A stretch of 64,000 nt of DNA from positions 255,502,001-255,566,000 of the forward strand of contig NC_091471.1 of assembly GCF_036971445.1 (NCBI RefSeq), read 5' to 3'. Below the pieces are notes generated by a model. That model had not been told where the DNA came from and did no database searches. It saw only the letters and a list, made by a program, of their open reading frames with translations. Origin of the DNA: Narcine bancroftii (taxonomy: Eukaryota). Below are positions 1 through 12,200 of the stretch, piece after piece (position 1 is the stretch's first letter; the number at the start of each line of letters is the position of its first letter). A program made the position numbers and the translations under genes.

Positions 1-46
1 TCACTTACCATTTTCTCAGATTGCACAGAGTGTCATTGGAGACTAC

Positions 47-131
47 AAAGCACAGAAGTGCTGGAGAAACTCAGCAGGTCAAGCAACATACATGGGAAGT
101 AAAGGGTAACCGAATTTTCGGGCCTGAACCC
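47..131 (-). mobile_element. Penelope-like element terminal repeat remnant
   Basis: ctggagaaactcagcaggtcaa...ttttcgggcctgaaccc motif; the same module recurs many times next to GIY-YIG remnants in this window. Confidence 0.6.
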
Positions 132-362
132 AGTGGCTGAAGTGTAGGAGAGGTCCATGGCCGGTTCTGGAGAGTGAGGGCGAGAGCTTTGGGCTGCGCA
201 CGGAGGCAAGGGTGGTTCGTGGAATTCAGTGAGAGAAACGAAGAAAAAAGCGGAGATCCTTGTGGGGACCAAACCCGGAGTCCTGGAAACCATATGGCAG
301 CAGATGGTGATGGAGGTCAATAGCGGGGAAGGGCACATGGCTGTGGAACCACGTTTGGGTGA

Positions 363-582
363 TGATACACTTTATCAATGACTCCAAATTCCTTGAGTAA
401 GGAATGATAGGCTTTATTACACTTTAGGCTTGAGGCTTGCCCGATTCCATGTGCTCTACTGAAGACAGGGGGAGGATGGTCGACCTTTATTCCAGGGTCA
501 CAAGGGGAGGAGTTACCGGGGAGTGAGTCAGCAGTGGCAAGCCACCCATTGACAGTCATACATACACATACGTATCACTTCA
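363..582 (-). mobile_element. Solo LTR (~220 bp)
   Basis: TG...CA ends; GGTGA duplicated at 358-362 and 583-587; reverse complement shares ctcctcccct.gtgaccc..ataaaggt and tgtaataaagcctatc with the LTR at 32209-32450. Confidence 0.75.
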
Positions 583-1814
583 GGTGATCACCCTGTTGTA
601 GAGCTTGAGAGGCACTTAATGGGATTGCAGAAGCTCGAACAGAACTCCCTTCGAAGAGGGGAAGATAACCTCTTCAGGCTAGGTATCCCTCAAAGAGAGT
701 TCACAGTGGATGGGCCGAATGGAGGTGAACAGAAAAGTCTGCAGACGCAGAGGTCAAGTGCAGGACCCAAAGGCGCTGGAGGATCTCAGTGGGTCATGCA
801 GCGTCCAGAGGAGGTAACCAGGAAACTCCTCACAGACATCGCCTGAAGTCATTGATGTTACCTGGGTCCTTGGAGGTGTGACACCATCCTTCACAAAGAA
901 ACACATTGGCTGGAGTCGACTACAGACCAGAGTGAGGATATCCTTTCCCGCAGGACAGCGAACCAAATCAGATCTTCCGATAACTCAACAGTTTTATCGT
1001 GCCCATACTCGCTTTTTAATTCTAACTTTACTTTAATGCTCCCAATGGGCATTTTTGGATTAAAATTATTTCCTGATATTTCATCCAACACAACTGTACA
1101 AGAGTTAAGCGCCTTGATGATAATGAATTTGTGCCCTTAACTCTCGTGTATGCGCCAATCGAACTCCAAAAAGCGAACCGACCGTGCATGCGCCAAGCAA
1201 ACTCCAATACGCAAACCCATCACATATGTGCCAATCAAACTCCAATATGCATGCGCCAACCGAAGACCCATGCATGTGCACAGGAATCAAGATGTCCACA
1301 CCCAGCCTTCAGACCCCAGAACGCCGACTAACAAGATAAGTATGCACCTTTTGGCTCTTACCTGCCCTGCATCCCTGTTACAGTTTAACAAATACAACAA
1401 ACATCTACAATTAAAAAAAAAGGTTTGATTAAAAAGTTTGCTTTAAGACTTCGGTACTCCACAGGCAAAATTCTGATTTAGGTCCATTCCGAGATTCGAC
1501 TGGTCCCTCTATCTCAATTACAGACATAAGTTGGGGTCTACCTGTGTCTATAATGTAATGAGAGGCACAGTATAAATCTGTCCGCTAAACATTGAAGACA
1601 CAAATCTTCATGGGTGCATATATTCAGGTCTTGTGTAGATGTCATCGCGATACTCTGGAGCCTTTAGGTAGATGGTCCAAATGGAGGGAAGAATAAGAAG
1701 GTCCCTCATGGTAATGGTTGTGTGGATATTAAGTTATTGGAGTAGTAGAGATCTGCTTAAGACATGGAAAAAGGATTTTGAGTTCATGCCAGCTGGAATA
1801 TTTAATTAAAAATT

Positions 1815-2000
1815 GCTCTGTGTAGTGATTCGAATCCAACGCTGTCTGTAAGATCCCTGTATGTTCTCCCTGGAGACCTGCACAGGTTTCCTCTGGGTGC
1901 TCCAAAAGACGTACGGGGTCAGTAGGTCACATAGGTGCACTTCAGCGGTGCTGTCTTGTGGGCTGGAAGGGGCGGCTGCTGTACGCCCAAATTAAATTAA
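1815..2000 (+). mobile_element. tRNA-derived V-SINE (HE1-like), decayed
   Basis: ttcgaatcc B-box, gctgtctgtaag, gttctccc...gggtgctcc V-domain, AT-rich tail. Confidence 0.65.
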
Positions 2001-2128
2001 AAAAAAATATATAAATGAAAAATGCAGCAGGCTCCATATTGCCATCTGGCTCACTATTTCTGAGAGGGAAGGAACCTTGATGGGCCAAATGACCTTTTTT
2101 TTATGTGTTAAAAGAATATGGGACTCAC

Positions 2129-2227
2129 AGTGGGCAGCCTGGCTAATTTGTACTTCAACGAGATTAATTCCAATGTGCTCGCTGCATCCATAGGGAGGAA
2201 AGGTCAGTTCTGGCACCAGCTTACTGT
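2129..2227 (-). CDS. Candidate 99-nt internal coding exon of an unidentified gene (xSKLVPELTFPPYGCSEHIGINLVEVQISQAAHx)
   Basis: Minus-strand acceptor ctttcttttgcag and donor gtgagt; length divisible by 3, phase 1-1; only one of three frames is open; non-repetitive sequence. Confidence 0.4.
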
Positions 2228-2312
2228 CTGCAAAAGAAAGCGATTGAGAAGCCTGTTTCCTCACGCGGGAGAATCTCTGATCGGAGAGTGTGGGGAGTGG
2301 ATCCAGAAGGAA

Positions 2313-2315
<3 letters not shown>

Positions 2316-2377
<62 letters not shown>
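2316..2377. repeat. (GA)n microsatellite
   Basis: Perfect GA run; source of the ERERER ORFs. Confidence 0.98.
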
Positions 2378-2380
<3 letters not shown>

Positions 2381-2584
2381 CCCTTCACTTGGAGGATGGT
2401 GGACTCATGGATCGAGCTGTCAGACAGTGGTGGAGGCAGGAACCGTCAGCTTCATTTCAAAACCAGTTGGATATCTCCACAGACAGGAGGGTTCTGGGCG
2501 GGCAGGTGGGACTAAAGCAAGAGGGCAGATTGGATAGCTGTCGGCCTCTTTCCAGGATGTCACTTTGATGCCCGCATTCACATG

Positions 2585-3445
2585 GAACATAGAAAGTGAA
2601 AGACCCTTTGGCCCATAGGGCTATGCTAACTCTAACAAATGCTTAGAATTTCCCAACTTTTCTCAGTTCCATGTACCTCTCTAAGAGTCTTTAAAAAGAT
2701 CCTGTTGTCCCTGCATCCACCATCATTGCTGGAAGCACATTCCATGCCCCCACCACTCTCTGTGTGGAAAACAAATTTTTACATCCCCCATGTACTGGTT
2801 CCCAAGCACCTTAAAATTATATTCTTTCATGTTAGCCATTTCAGTCTTGGCCATCCACACAATCAATGCCTCTCAACATTTCATGCACTTCTATAAGGTC
2901 AACTCTCCATCGCTCCCAGAAAAAAGGGCCAAGTTCCCTCAACCTATCCTCTTAAGTCGTGATCTCCAATCCAGACAGTGTCCTTGTGAGTCTCCTCTAC
3001 CCCCTCTCTATAGCATCCACATCCTTCCTATAGTGAGGTGACCAGGACTGAACACAATATTCCAAGGGGTGGTGGGGGGGTGGTCTCACAGAAGCCTAAT
3101 AGCCTGATCTCAGAAGCTAAGCAGGCTCAGGCCTGGTCAGTACTTGGATGGGAGATGGCCCAGGAACACCAGTGGCTGTAGGTTCCTGCAAGGGGTGCTG
3201 GACAAGAGTCAATGCTCTGTCTGCCTTTCGGTAGACAAAAGACAAAGACATTACATTCTAAATATACTATTATGTGAAAATAATGGAACCTTTAGCAAGG
3301 ACTTAGAGAGCTGCAGGATGAATTCACAGCCCCTGAACTCAACCCCATGTTTAATGAAGGCCAAAGCACCAAACACCTTCTTCACAACACTTCTCGGCAG
3401 CAGCGTTGAGTATATGATGGACAAGGACCCCAGGATCTCTCAGTT
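2585..3445 (-). mobile_element. CR1-like LINE 3' fragment, interrupted by the 5S-headed SINE
   Basis: caccactctctgtgtg, gaccaggactgaacacaatattccaa and aatgaaggccaa motifs match the reverse complement of other CR1 copies in the window. Confidence 0.7.
3102..3293 (+). mobile_element. 5S rRNA-derived SINE (SINE3-type): partial 5S head 3102-3184 plus ~110-bp body and tail
   Basis: ctgatctcagaagctaagcaggctcaggcctggtcagtacttggatgggaga...gctgtagg matches the 3' two-thirds of vertebrate 5S rRNA (boxes A and C); no T-run terminator; body is homologous to 28802-28923. Confidence 0.8.
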
Positions 3446-3504
3446 TACATGTGTTTCTTTTCTTCTTCATTGAGCCACGTGATTGATGGGCGGGATAGGG
3501 AAGA

Positions 3505-3925
3505 GTTTAAAGTTTATTGTCAGAGTACGTACGTGACATCACATACAAACTGCGGGCGCAGCAGAATTACTACTAAAAATAAACTGTGCACAGCGTAAAC
3601 ATGTAAACAAATAATGCAAGCAAACTGACCACGGAATACAGAGAGAAAGAAAAAAAAATCAATTAAGTACAAAATTAAGTCTTTAAATTAGCCTCTGATT
3701 GAGTTTGTCGTTGAGGAGTCTGATCCTGATCCTGGTGGTGTGGGACTTGAGGGACCAAGACCTCTCTCCTGATGGCAGCAATGAGGACAGAGTGTGTGCT
3801 GGAGTGATGGGGGGGGGGGGTGGTGTGGATCCTTGATCGTTGCTGCTGCCCTCTCTGATGGCAGCGCTCTCGACGACTTTTGCCTGTGATGTCCTGGGCT
3901 GTGTCCATTACCTCTTTATGCTCGG
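3505..3925 (-). mobile_element. L2/Rex1-Babar-type LINE 3' fragment
   Basis: tttattgtcagagtac..catgacatcacatacaa tail and ctcctgatggcagca; homologous to 5192-5635 and 39050-39480. Confidence 0.7.
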
Positions 3926-5191
3926 TGGGGGGGTTGGGGGGAGGGTGTTGGTGACCCACAGAAAACCTTTTTTCTTCCCCAATTTGAATTTTGACTGCGC
4001 TGCAATGCAACGCAGTGTATAAAACCACTGCAGCGACGAAACTTGAAAACTCTGTTATTCCTTCATATGTTCCATCCCTTGGGTTTTTCTCAGTCTGCAT
4101 TCCTCTCCATCTGCTGCTGAAGCAATAAAAAGCACTTTCCTGGTAACTTGAACCTTGATAATTGTGAATTATCCCGCAGATTACAATCAATTGGACGCTT
4201 GCCATCTTCAGAATGCACTAAACTGTATAGATTATTCAATAATAGATATTAAAAAAAAACACTACATTGGCTGATAACTGCACATTCACTCCTCACCTAA
4301 TTATTCTGCAATGCAATTTTTGCTGCTAACATTTGTCGCGTTGATCCCCAGGAACATAGAACCTCTGACACCAGTTTGTTTCTTTGGCGGTTAGTGGAAA
4401 GGCAAACTTAATTATAATAGCCTATCCGATTGAGGAGATAGAGACTCCCTGTCTGGCTGCTCTGTTGGTTAAGGAAGGTAGTGGAAACACTATTCTTCCG
4501 ATCCGTTGGGATACGTGATGATTTTTGCTCAATGCAGGAAATTTGACTGCAATGAACTGCAGAGTGTCAGAGATCAGATTGCCTGCTCTTGATGAAGGAA
4601 TCTTCTTGGGAGCGAGAATGCCCAACTCCGTTTCTGATGAGGCTGACCCAGCGACTGCCGACTCCTTCTCAGCAGGTGGGTGACGCGAGGTGAGGTGAGG
4701 GGCTTTCCTTCTGTTACATCAGCTGGGCCTGGGGGATCCGCCTCCAACTTGAGGCCCCGCTCTTCTCAACTCCTCGCCTTCCTTCTCGTCACTTTCCGGG
4801 CCTGGGCCGAGCTGTCACGGGGAAACCTGGGTTGTGTCGCTTTGAGTGCAGCCCTGAAACTTTTCGTCCTTTTCCACTGGGAATCTCATCTCCAATGGCG
4901 GAGAGGAATCCAAGGTGGGCTGTTGTGGCTAGGAGTAGCAGATTATCAAGGTTCTGGGAAGGGGATCTGGAAACTTTAGAGACTGGAATGCCAAGGGGCT
5001 GGGGCAGAGTTGGTGAACCGACAGAGATGGGCATCAGGAGCTGGGGTCACATTTATGTGTGGTGACAGGGGCATGGTTATAGAGTCACATTGCACCGATC
5101 ATCTATCCAATTCTGCGCCAGTTGCATTTGCCTACAATTGACCCATGTACTTCTAAGCCCTTTCAATTCATAAATGTCTACAGATACCTCT

Positions 5192-5635
5192 GATTTCAGA
5201 TTTCAGATTTATTGTCAGAGTACTTACATGACATCACATACAACCTTGAGATTCTATTTCCTGCAAGCGAAGCAGAATCACATTAGTAATGCAAGAAAGT
5301 AATTTCATGCAATGTGCTCATGTAAACAAAGAAATACAAACAATCTGACTGTGCAATAAAGAGAGAAAAACAATCAATAAAGTGCTAATGTAAGAGTCCT
5401 TGAATGACTCCCTGACTGATTTTGTCATTGAGGAGTCTGATGGTGGATGGAGGGGTAGCCGCTGTACCTGAACCTGGTGGTGTGAGTCTTGATACCTCTT
5501 TCCTGATGGCAGCAGTGAGAACAGAACGTGTGCTGGGTAGTGTGGGATCATTGATGATTGCTGCTGCTCACCGACGGCAGCGTTCCCTTTTCTTGATAGT
5601 GGGAAGGGTTTTGCCTGTGATGACCTGGGCTGTGT
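5192..5635 (-). mobile_element. L2/Rex1-Babar-type LINE 3' fragment
   Basis: Encodes HPAHVLFSLLPSGKRY-like C-terminus; (tctgaaa)n-type tail. Confidence 0.75.
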
Positions 5636-5899
5636 AAACCACTGTATATATGTTTAGATGAGTTAGGACATGCCCATTGCTGAAGCGCCTCCCACTGACC
5701 CCTGAATAAAGGTGACCGTCTCAGTGAGTCGACCAATTGGATGTTGTTCATTCAGAGGTGGACTCATATATGGACTCATATATGCACCCATATATGGGCT
5801 CTGGGGCAGCAAGCTGTACCCCTCCTGACTTCTGGCCAACTTCTTGCCTGCTTTCCCAGCCATGGCCTGCTCACCATGGCTGGGAATGTGGGCAAGAAG

Positions 5900-6125
5900 A
5901 GGGGCATGATTAGTGTAGCGGTTAGCATGACGCTGTTACAGTGCCAGTGACAGAGGTTCAAATCTGGCCTGGACTGTAAGGAGTTTGTACATTCTCTCTG
6001 TATCTGAGTGGGTTTTGTCCAAGGGCTCCAATTTCCACCAAGCATTCAAAACGTACCAGGTATTGAAGGTTAATTTGGCTCGAAGGTTACTGTGCTGTAT
6101 GTCTGAATTTACATTTAAATTTAAC
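5900..6125 (+). mobile_element. V-SINE (HE1-like)
   Basis: gtgtagcggttagc A-box, ggttcaaatc B-box, ctgtaaggagtttgtacattctc, tttaaattta tail. Confidence 0.8.
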
Positions 6126-6244
6126 CGATGGCTGAGCTTACTCATGCACTGAACCTTCATCCGTTTCCTGATTCCAGCCACACGCGTGTCTTTGCCTTCA
6201 GCTCCTCCAATGCACCTGTGTTCAAGACAGCCAATCGCCCAGCT

Positions 6245-6560
6245 ATAGGAAGCACATCAACGAGTGCGAGGGGATGCATAGAAGGTTCACCACGATGTTG
6301 CGAGGACTGGAGGGCTTGAGCTCAAGGGACAGGTTGGACGGGTTGGTTGTTTATTCCCCAGAGTGAAGGAGGTTGAGGGATAACCTTACAGAGGTTCATA
6401 AGATTGTGAGGGGCATGCATAAAGTCAATGCTCACTGCCTTTTTCTGCCCAAGGTCAAATATTCTAGAACTAGAGGGCATAGGTTTAAGGTGAGAGGGGG
6501 AGTCTTTTCCTTCAGAGTGTGGTCCATATCTGAAATAACCCTCAAGAGCTGTGTGGCTTG
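6245..6560 (+). mobile_element. CR1-like LINE fragment
   Basis: Encodes RDNLTEVHKIVRG...SRTRGHRFKV, typical CR1 ORF2 C-terminus. Confidence 0.75.
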
Positions 6561-6624
6561 GGATGACAACATATCTACAAATTCGCTGAGATTCCCATGG
6601 TAATGGGTTATGCAAAAAGGGCTG

Positions 6625-6980
6625 TTGAATCAGCATACTGGAGGGAGATTGAATGGTGCTGAGTGTTGACTTCAGGAAGGGAAAACTAGAGGTGCACGAT
6701 CCACTGATCACTGGGGGAATCAGGGGTGGAGAGGGTGAGCAAATTGAAGTTCTTGGGAGTCACTATCTCAGAGGACCTTTCCTGGGCCCAATATACTAAT
6801 AGCATCGTGAAGAAAGCAGGTCAGCACATCTACTGCCTCAGGAGTTTGCAGAGGCTTGGTATGGCATCAGAAATGCTAGCAAATTTCTACAAATGGTATA
6901 AAGTGTGCTGACCGGCTGCATCACAGTCTGATATGGGGACACCAGTACCCCTGACCGTAAAGCCCTGCAAAAGGTATTGG
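6625..6980 (+). mobile_element. L2/Rex1-Babar-type LINE RT fragment
   Basis: ERVSKLKFLGVTISEDLSW...KKAGQHIYCLRSL. Confidence 0.8.
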
Positions 6981-6982
6981 AT

Positions 6983-7168
6983 TGATGCACCATCAATAAC
7001 TTCAATGATTAGAAGTCCTAGACTTAGATTCACAACAATATGGAGGCACATCCATGTTGGTCGACTCTCCTAGACTAAGTTGCCTTTATTCAGGGGTCAA
7101 TGGGAGGAGCTTCAGGAACAGTGAGCCATGGGCATGTCCAGTGGTTTACACAGCCCAGGTCATCTACA
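6983..7168 (-). mobile_element. Solo LTR-like element; a partial copy lies inverted at ~5620-5745
   Basis: TG...CA ends; shares gatgacctgggctgtgtaaaccactg, ggacatgcccat and gacccctgaataaagg with 5620-5745; no clear TSD. Confidence 0.5.
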
Positions 7169-7959
7169 GGCAACACTGTCGTCGGAGAGGTGATGGGGAT
7201 TCAGGAGGCAGTGGAAGTGAAGGAGGTGACAGAATCCACGGGCCCTCAAGGTCTCTGAAGGGACTCTCTTGTCTTGATAGGGCTGCTGGACTTGTGATTC
7301 CTATTTGCCTCGACAAACAATGGAAATCAACTTTGTGCAGACATCAAAAAGGAAACTTGAGTTGAATATTCTTCATAAAATCTGCATTCATTTTCAATCC
7401 AAGAACTGCTATTCCATTAAATTTACATTCTATCATCATGGTCAACTTTTCTTAGGCATATTTAATATTAAAATATTCTTTAATTTAAAGATACTATAAA
7501 AGGCCCTTCTGGCCCATGCTGTGCAAATACACATATCCGATTAGCCTTCTAACCCTGTATATTTTTGGTGCATTCAGAGGAGGGACACGAGGAGAGCGTA
7601 CAAATTCCTTTGAGACAGTAATGTATTTGAACTCAGATCGCTAATCATGAGCGTGGAATCCAGGGGCTTTTCCATATGGCTTCCAACCCCTCAGTGTGCA
7701 GTTGGGGGGGGGGGGGGGGGGGGGCGGGGGCTTAATCCTTGGTGAAGGCTGCTGCCAGATCAGCGTGGGGATGTACTGGTCTAGTGGCAGACTGGAAGAT
7801 CAAAGGGTTTTGGGCGAACCAGAGAATGGCTTTCACGGATGCAGTGACATTCCAGGGACCATCGCCAAACAGGACACGACTAAAACAGCTGGTGTTTGCC
7901 TCAGTGTGCGGCCCTGAGAACAGACTGTGATCGTGCGGCCCTGGGAATAGACTGTGATT

Positions 7960-9277
7960 GATCCACAATGCTGGTCAGGTCTATGTGTAGATAGTATGAC
8001 TACCTTAATTAATACTAGATATAGACCAACTCATTATAATTTTCTACACCAATTATATCTCACACCTCAAAAGATACATAAAAATAAATCGAAATTTTCT
8101 GACAGGTGTTTTAGGTGTCGTGTCATTGTTGGTATCTTTTTACATCACACCTGGTTATGCACGAAATTAAGACTTTGAATAGAATTTTGAGGAAGGACAT
8201 ATTAGCTATAGAGGGTGTGCAGCGCAAATTTACAAGGTTAGTTCCAGGGATGGCGGGGTTGACATATGCTGAAAGGCTAGAAAAACTGGACTTGTATCCG
8301 ATGGAGTTTAGAAGGATGAGGGGGGACATGATTGAGGTATACAAAATCATCAGGGGGATAGACAGGGTGAAGTCTGATTACTTGTTCCCAATGATGGGGG
8401 AGACGAGGACTAGAGGGCATAGTTTAAGAATACAGGGTAGGCCCTTTAGGATGGAGATGAGAAAACATTTTTTTACCCAGAGAAATGTGAATCTGTGGAA
8501 TGCTCTGCCACAGAGGGTGGTAGAGGCAGATTCACTGATTATGTTCAAAAGAGAGTTAGATAAGACTCTAGTGGGCAAAGGAGTTAAGGGTTATGGGGAT
8601 AAGGCTGGAAAGGGGTACTGATGGTAGTGATCAGCCATGATCTGTAAAATGGCGGTGCTGGCTCGACGGGCCGAAGGGCCTACTCCAGCTCCTATTGTCT
8701 ATTGTCTATTGTCTATTGGGGGGAGTTTTGTCAAAAATTGTGGGGGTTAACTTCCCTCTAGACCCAGAATTATTTCTTCTGGGGAATGTGGCAGTTATAA
8801 AAGTGAACTTCTCCAAAGTAAATCTAAATTTATCAAAATTACGTTGTCAATAGCCAGGAAATGTATCGCGGTAACAGGGAAATTCGATCACATTGATCGT
8901 TGGAGAGTGGACGTGCAAAGTTGTATCCCCTTGAGAAGATGACTGAGAGTCTTAGAAATAGATATAGTATGTTCATCGAAATTTGGCAACCATGTTTAGA
9001 TTATTTAAAAGCCCAGATTGTATCATTTATTTTGATATTTGTCAATTGGCCTACTCCCTATTAAAGAAATTTAATACTTTTAAAATGATGTGACTCTGAG
9101 ATGTTGGACCTTGCTCCTGTTGCTTTTTCCTTTTCCATTTCCTTTCTTTTCCTCTCCGTCTATCCCCTGCCCTTTTCTTTAGAATCTGGGCAGGTGGTGC
9201 TGGCAGAAGGGGACTCTCCTTTCTTTTTAATTTTTTTTCAGATCTGATGAATGTTTTTCTGAGATCTTTATTGTTAT
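7960..9277 (+). mobile_element. L1/Tx1-clade LINE 3' part (ORF2 Cys-rich C-terminus and 3' UTR), host to CR1 and Gypsy insertions
   Basis: YNFLHQLYLTP..CFRC..FLHHTWLC, resuming after the CR1 insert with DPELFLLG..ARKCIAVT..IPLEK. Confidence 0.8.
8177..8717 (+). mobile_element. Young 5'-truncated CR1 LINE
   Basis: Uninterrupted ORF RKDILAIEGVQRKFTRLVPGM...RTRGHSL...FFTQR to its stop, 3' UTR, and (ctattgt)n tail; splits the L1 ORF2. Confidence 0.9.
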
Positions 9278-12200
9278 TGTGGAAACCAACGCAGTTGGTG
9301 TTCAGGCGAACCGGCTCCGATTGTAATGTGTGCGCTGTCGGAGCAGTCTCCACCAATGATGGCGCTGGGCATCTTCCCCTTTCCCCAAAGGAAAGAGCCC
9401 CCACACACGAAATCTGAACAGCTGCCAGTCAGCGACGCAACTTCCGGTTCCAAAGAGCAGGAACATGTGGCATCTTTAAAAAAACCTTGGCAAACCTAGT
9501 AATAAATCAGTGAGCTTTGGAACGAACCTGTCGACTGCCGGTCTCGTTATTCGCTCTGTGAGTGCGAATACTACGTTGGTGACCTGATGGTCCAAAACGT
9601 ATTTTGTACCCAGCATTATGGATGCAGCAGCATTGAACGCTGTTCCGTTAAAATTACTTTCCTTCTGGGTGCTGCGACCCTGCACTTGGTTCAGCCAAGC
9701 AGAGGCACAGTTCCAGATCAGGCAAATAACATCGGACTCCACAAAGTATTTCCACATGATGAGCTCTATGGATCAGGAAACCGCTCCCTGGGTAGATGAG
9801 TTCATCCATTCTCCACCAGAGAAAGGCAAATATGCAGCGCTGAAATCGCTACTCCACAGCACCTTTGGATTCACTAGGCGCGAAAGAGCAGCCAGGCTGA
9901 TGCACCTTGACAGCCTGGGAGAGTGAACCCTGTCAGCTCTAATGGACAAAATGCTGGCAGTGGCAGAGGGACACAAGCCCTGCCTCATGATCAAACAGGT
10001 ATTCCTCGAACAACTTCCTGACAATATCCAGATGATGCTTGCAGATGCAGACTTCAGTGACTCTTGGAGGGTAGCAGCCAGAGCAGACATCCTCTGGAGA
10101 ACCAAGAGGGAGAACGTGCTGCTGTCAGCCAGTTATCCAGAATACCCCGCAGCAAGCCAATCCTAGCGGGCCACAGGAGCGCCACCAACCCTGATGGGAT
10201 GAAGGACACAGAGGACCGATGGTATTTCTATCATCAGAGATGGAGAACCCAAGCCCACCGCCAGGCTTCAGTGGCTTCAGTGGCGGGTCACGCAGACAGC
10301 CTGCTGCATGTGTGGGACAAAAGGTCCAGATGCCATTTCCTCATGGACATGGGGGCAGAAATCATCCCACCCACTGTACTAGAATCAAGGACCAGACAGT
10401 GTGGACCCACCTTGAAGCCACAAACAACAGCTCCATATGGACCTACGGCAAACACAAGGTCCAACCAACTACAACTCAGCGCCAATACGTTTAAATGGGA
10501 CGAAATGGACAAACAGCTCCTGGGGCAGATTTCCTAAAGGCCCATGGTTTGCTGGTCGATCTGAAGGGTCAGAGGCTGGCCTATGCCGAAATCTTCCAAA
10601 CGTTCCCTCTCAGGGAAGCCAGACAACCTGAACTGCACCTGGACTGTCTCATTGTCCAACAATGAGTACAGCAGGGTCCTGGCTGAATTCCCATCAGTAC
10701 TCAAACTGCAATTCAGCTCAACCATACCGAAGCATGGAGTGCAGCACCACGTCACCACTCAAGGGCCACCCCTGCACACAAAGGCCAGAAGGCTACCCCG
10801 GACAACCTCCGCCCGGCCAAAGAGTAATTCAGGCACATGGAGGAGTTTGGGATCATCCGCAGGTCCTCACCGCTATACATGGTGCCAAAGACGGCTGGGG
10901 GTTGGCAGCCGTGAGGGGACTATAGATGGCTGAACTAAGCCACCACGCCGGACTGCTACCCCTTACCGCACATCCAAGACTTCGCAGCAAACCTACATAG
11001 ACCCCGCATCTTTTCAAATGTCAACCTGGTATGTGGCTACCATCAATTCCCAATGCATCCAAAAATCTGCTTTGATCACCCCCTTTGGCCTGTTCAAGTT
11101 TTCACGGATGCCTTTTGGGCTAAAATACGCTGCAGACTTTTCAGCGCCTTACGGATGCAGTGGGTTGGGATTTCATTCATATACCTGGATGTCATTCTGA
11201 TCCCACTGATCCCACCTCCACCAACTGAGCAAGTTTGGACTAACCATTAACCCAGCCAATGCCAGTTTGGGCGGAAGACCATCGATTTCCTGGGCCACAG
11301 GATTTCAAAGGACAGCGCGTTGCCCCTGCCGAACAAAGTAGAAGCCATCCAGAAGTTCATCAGGTCTACCATAGTCAAAAGGGCTACAGGAATTTATGGG
11401 CATGGTAAACTTCTCCCAGCAGCAGCCAGCATCATGTTCACCCTGATGTGGGGAAAAAAGAAAGACATCACTTGGAACCCGGAGGCCGAAGTAGCTTTCG
11501 ACCAAAGGAAGGAGGCCCTGGCAAACACTGCCATGCTAGTACACCCCAGGACCGATGTTCCGACAGCCCTCGCAGTGGACGCATCAAACACAGCAAACGG
11601 CGGGGTACTGAACTAATGTGGATGGACACTGGAAGCTCCTGGCTTTCTTCAGTAGACATTTAAGACCACTGGAGTTGAAATACAGTGCTTTCGACTGAAA
11701 ACTGTTAGCACTCTACCTGGCGATCCAGGACTTCAGATACACTCTGGAAGGCAGACCATTTACAGCCTTCATCGACCACAAGCCCTTAACCTTTGTGTTC
11801 ACCAAGGCATCAGATCCTGGCAGCAGCCGCACCTTTCGTACATATCGGAGTTTACGACAGTGATCCAGCAGGTCTCTGGTAAAGACAACATCGTGGTGGA
11901 AGCTCTATCCAGGCCAACCATCCAAACATTGGCACAGGGAATCAACTACTCAGAACTAGCAGAGATGCAATGAGAAGACACACAGCTACAGGACCACAAT
12001 CTCAGGACTGCAGCTGCAGGTCGTACTCTTGGGTCCAGGTGAGCAGACTCTGTGACACAGGCTCTGGCCATCCCTACCCCATCATCCCAGCAGCCTGGAG
12101 ACAGTGTGTTCCATTCAGTGCATGGACTAGTACACCCCTCGATCCAAACCACAGTCCGCAAGGAATCCAGTCAGTTCATGTGGCATTGCGTCAAAAAACA

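Noticed and set aside
960-1440. Possible L1 5' region or ORF1 remnant with short tgcgccaa repeats
   Set aside because: No diagnostic motif; not enough support to call.
3102-3184. Functional 5S rRNA gene
   Set aside because: 5' third missing, several substitutions, no T-run terminator, and it runs into a SINE body.
3990-5060. Unique, partly GC-rich region with several short ORFs
   Set aside because: All frames examined hit stops, no recognisable domain, and no convincing splice-site pair.
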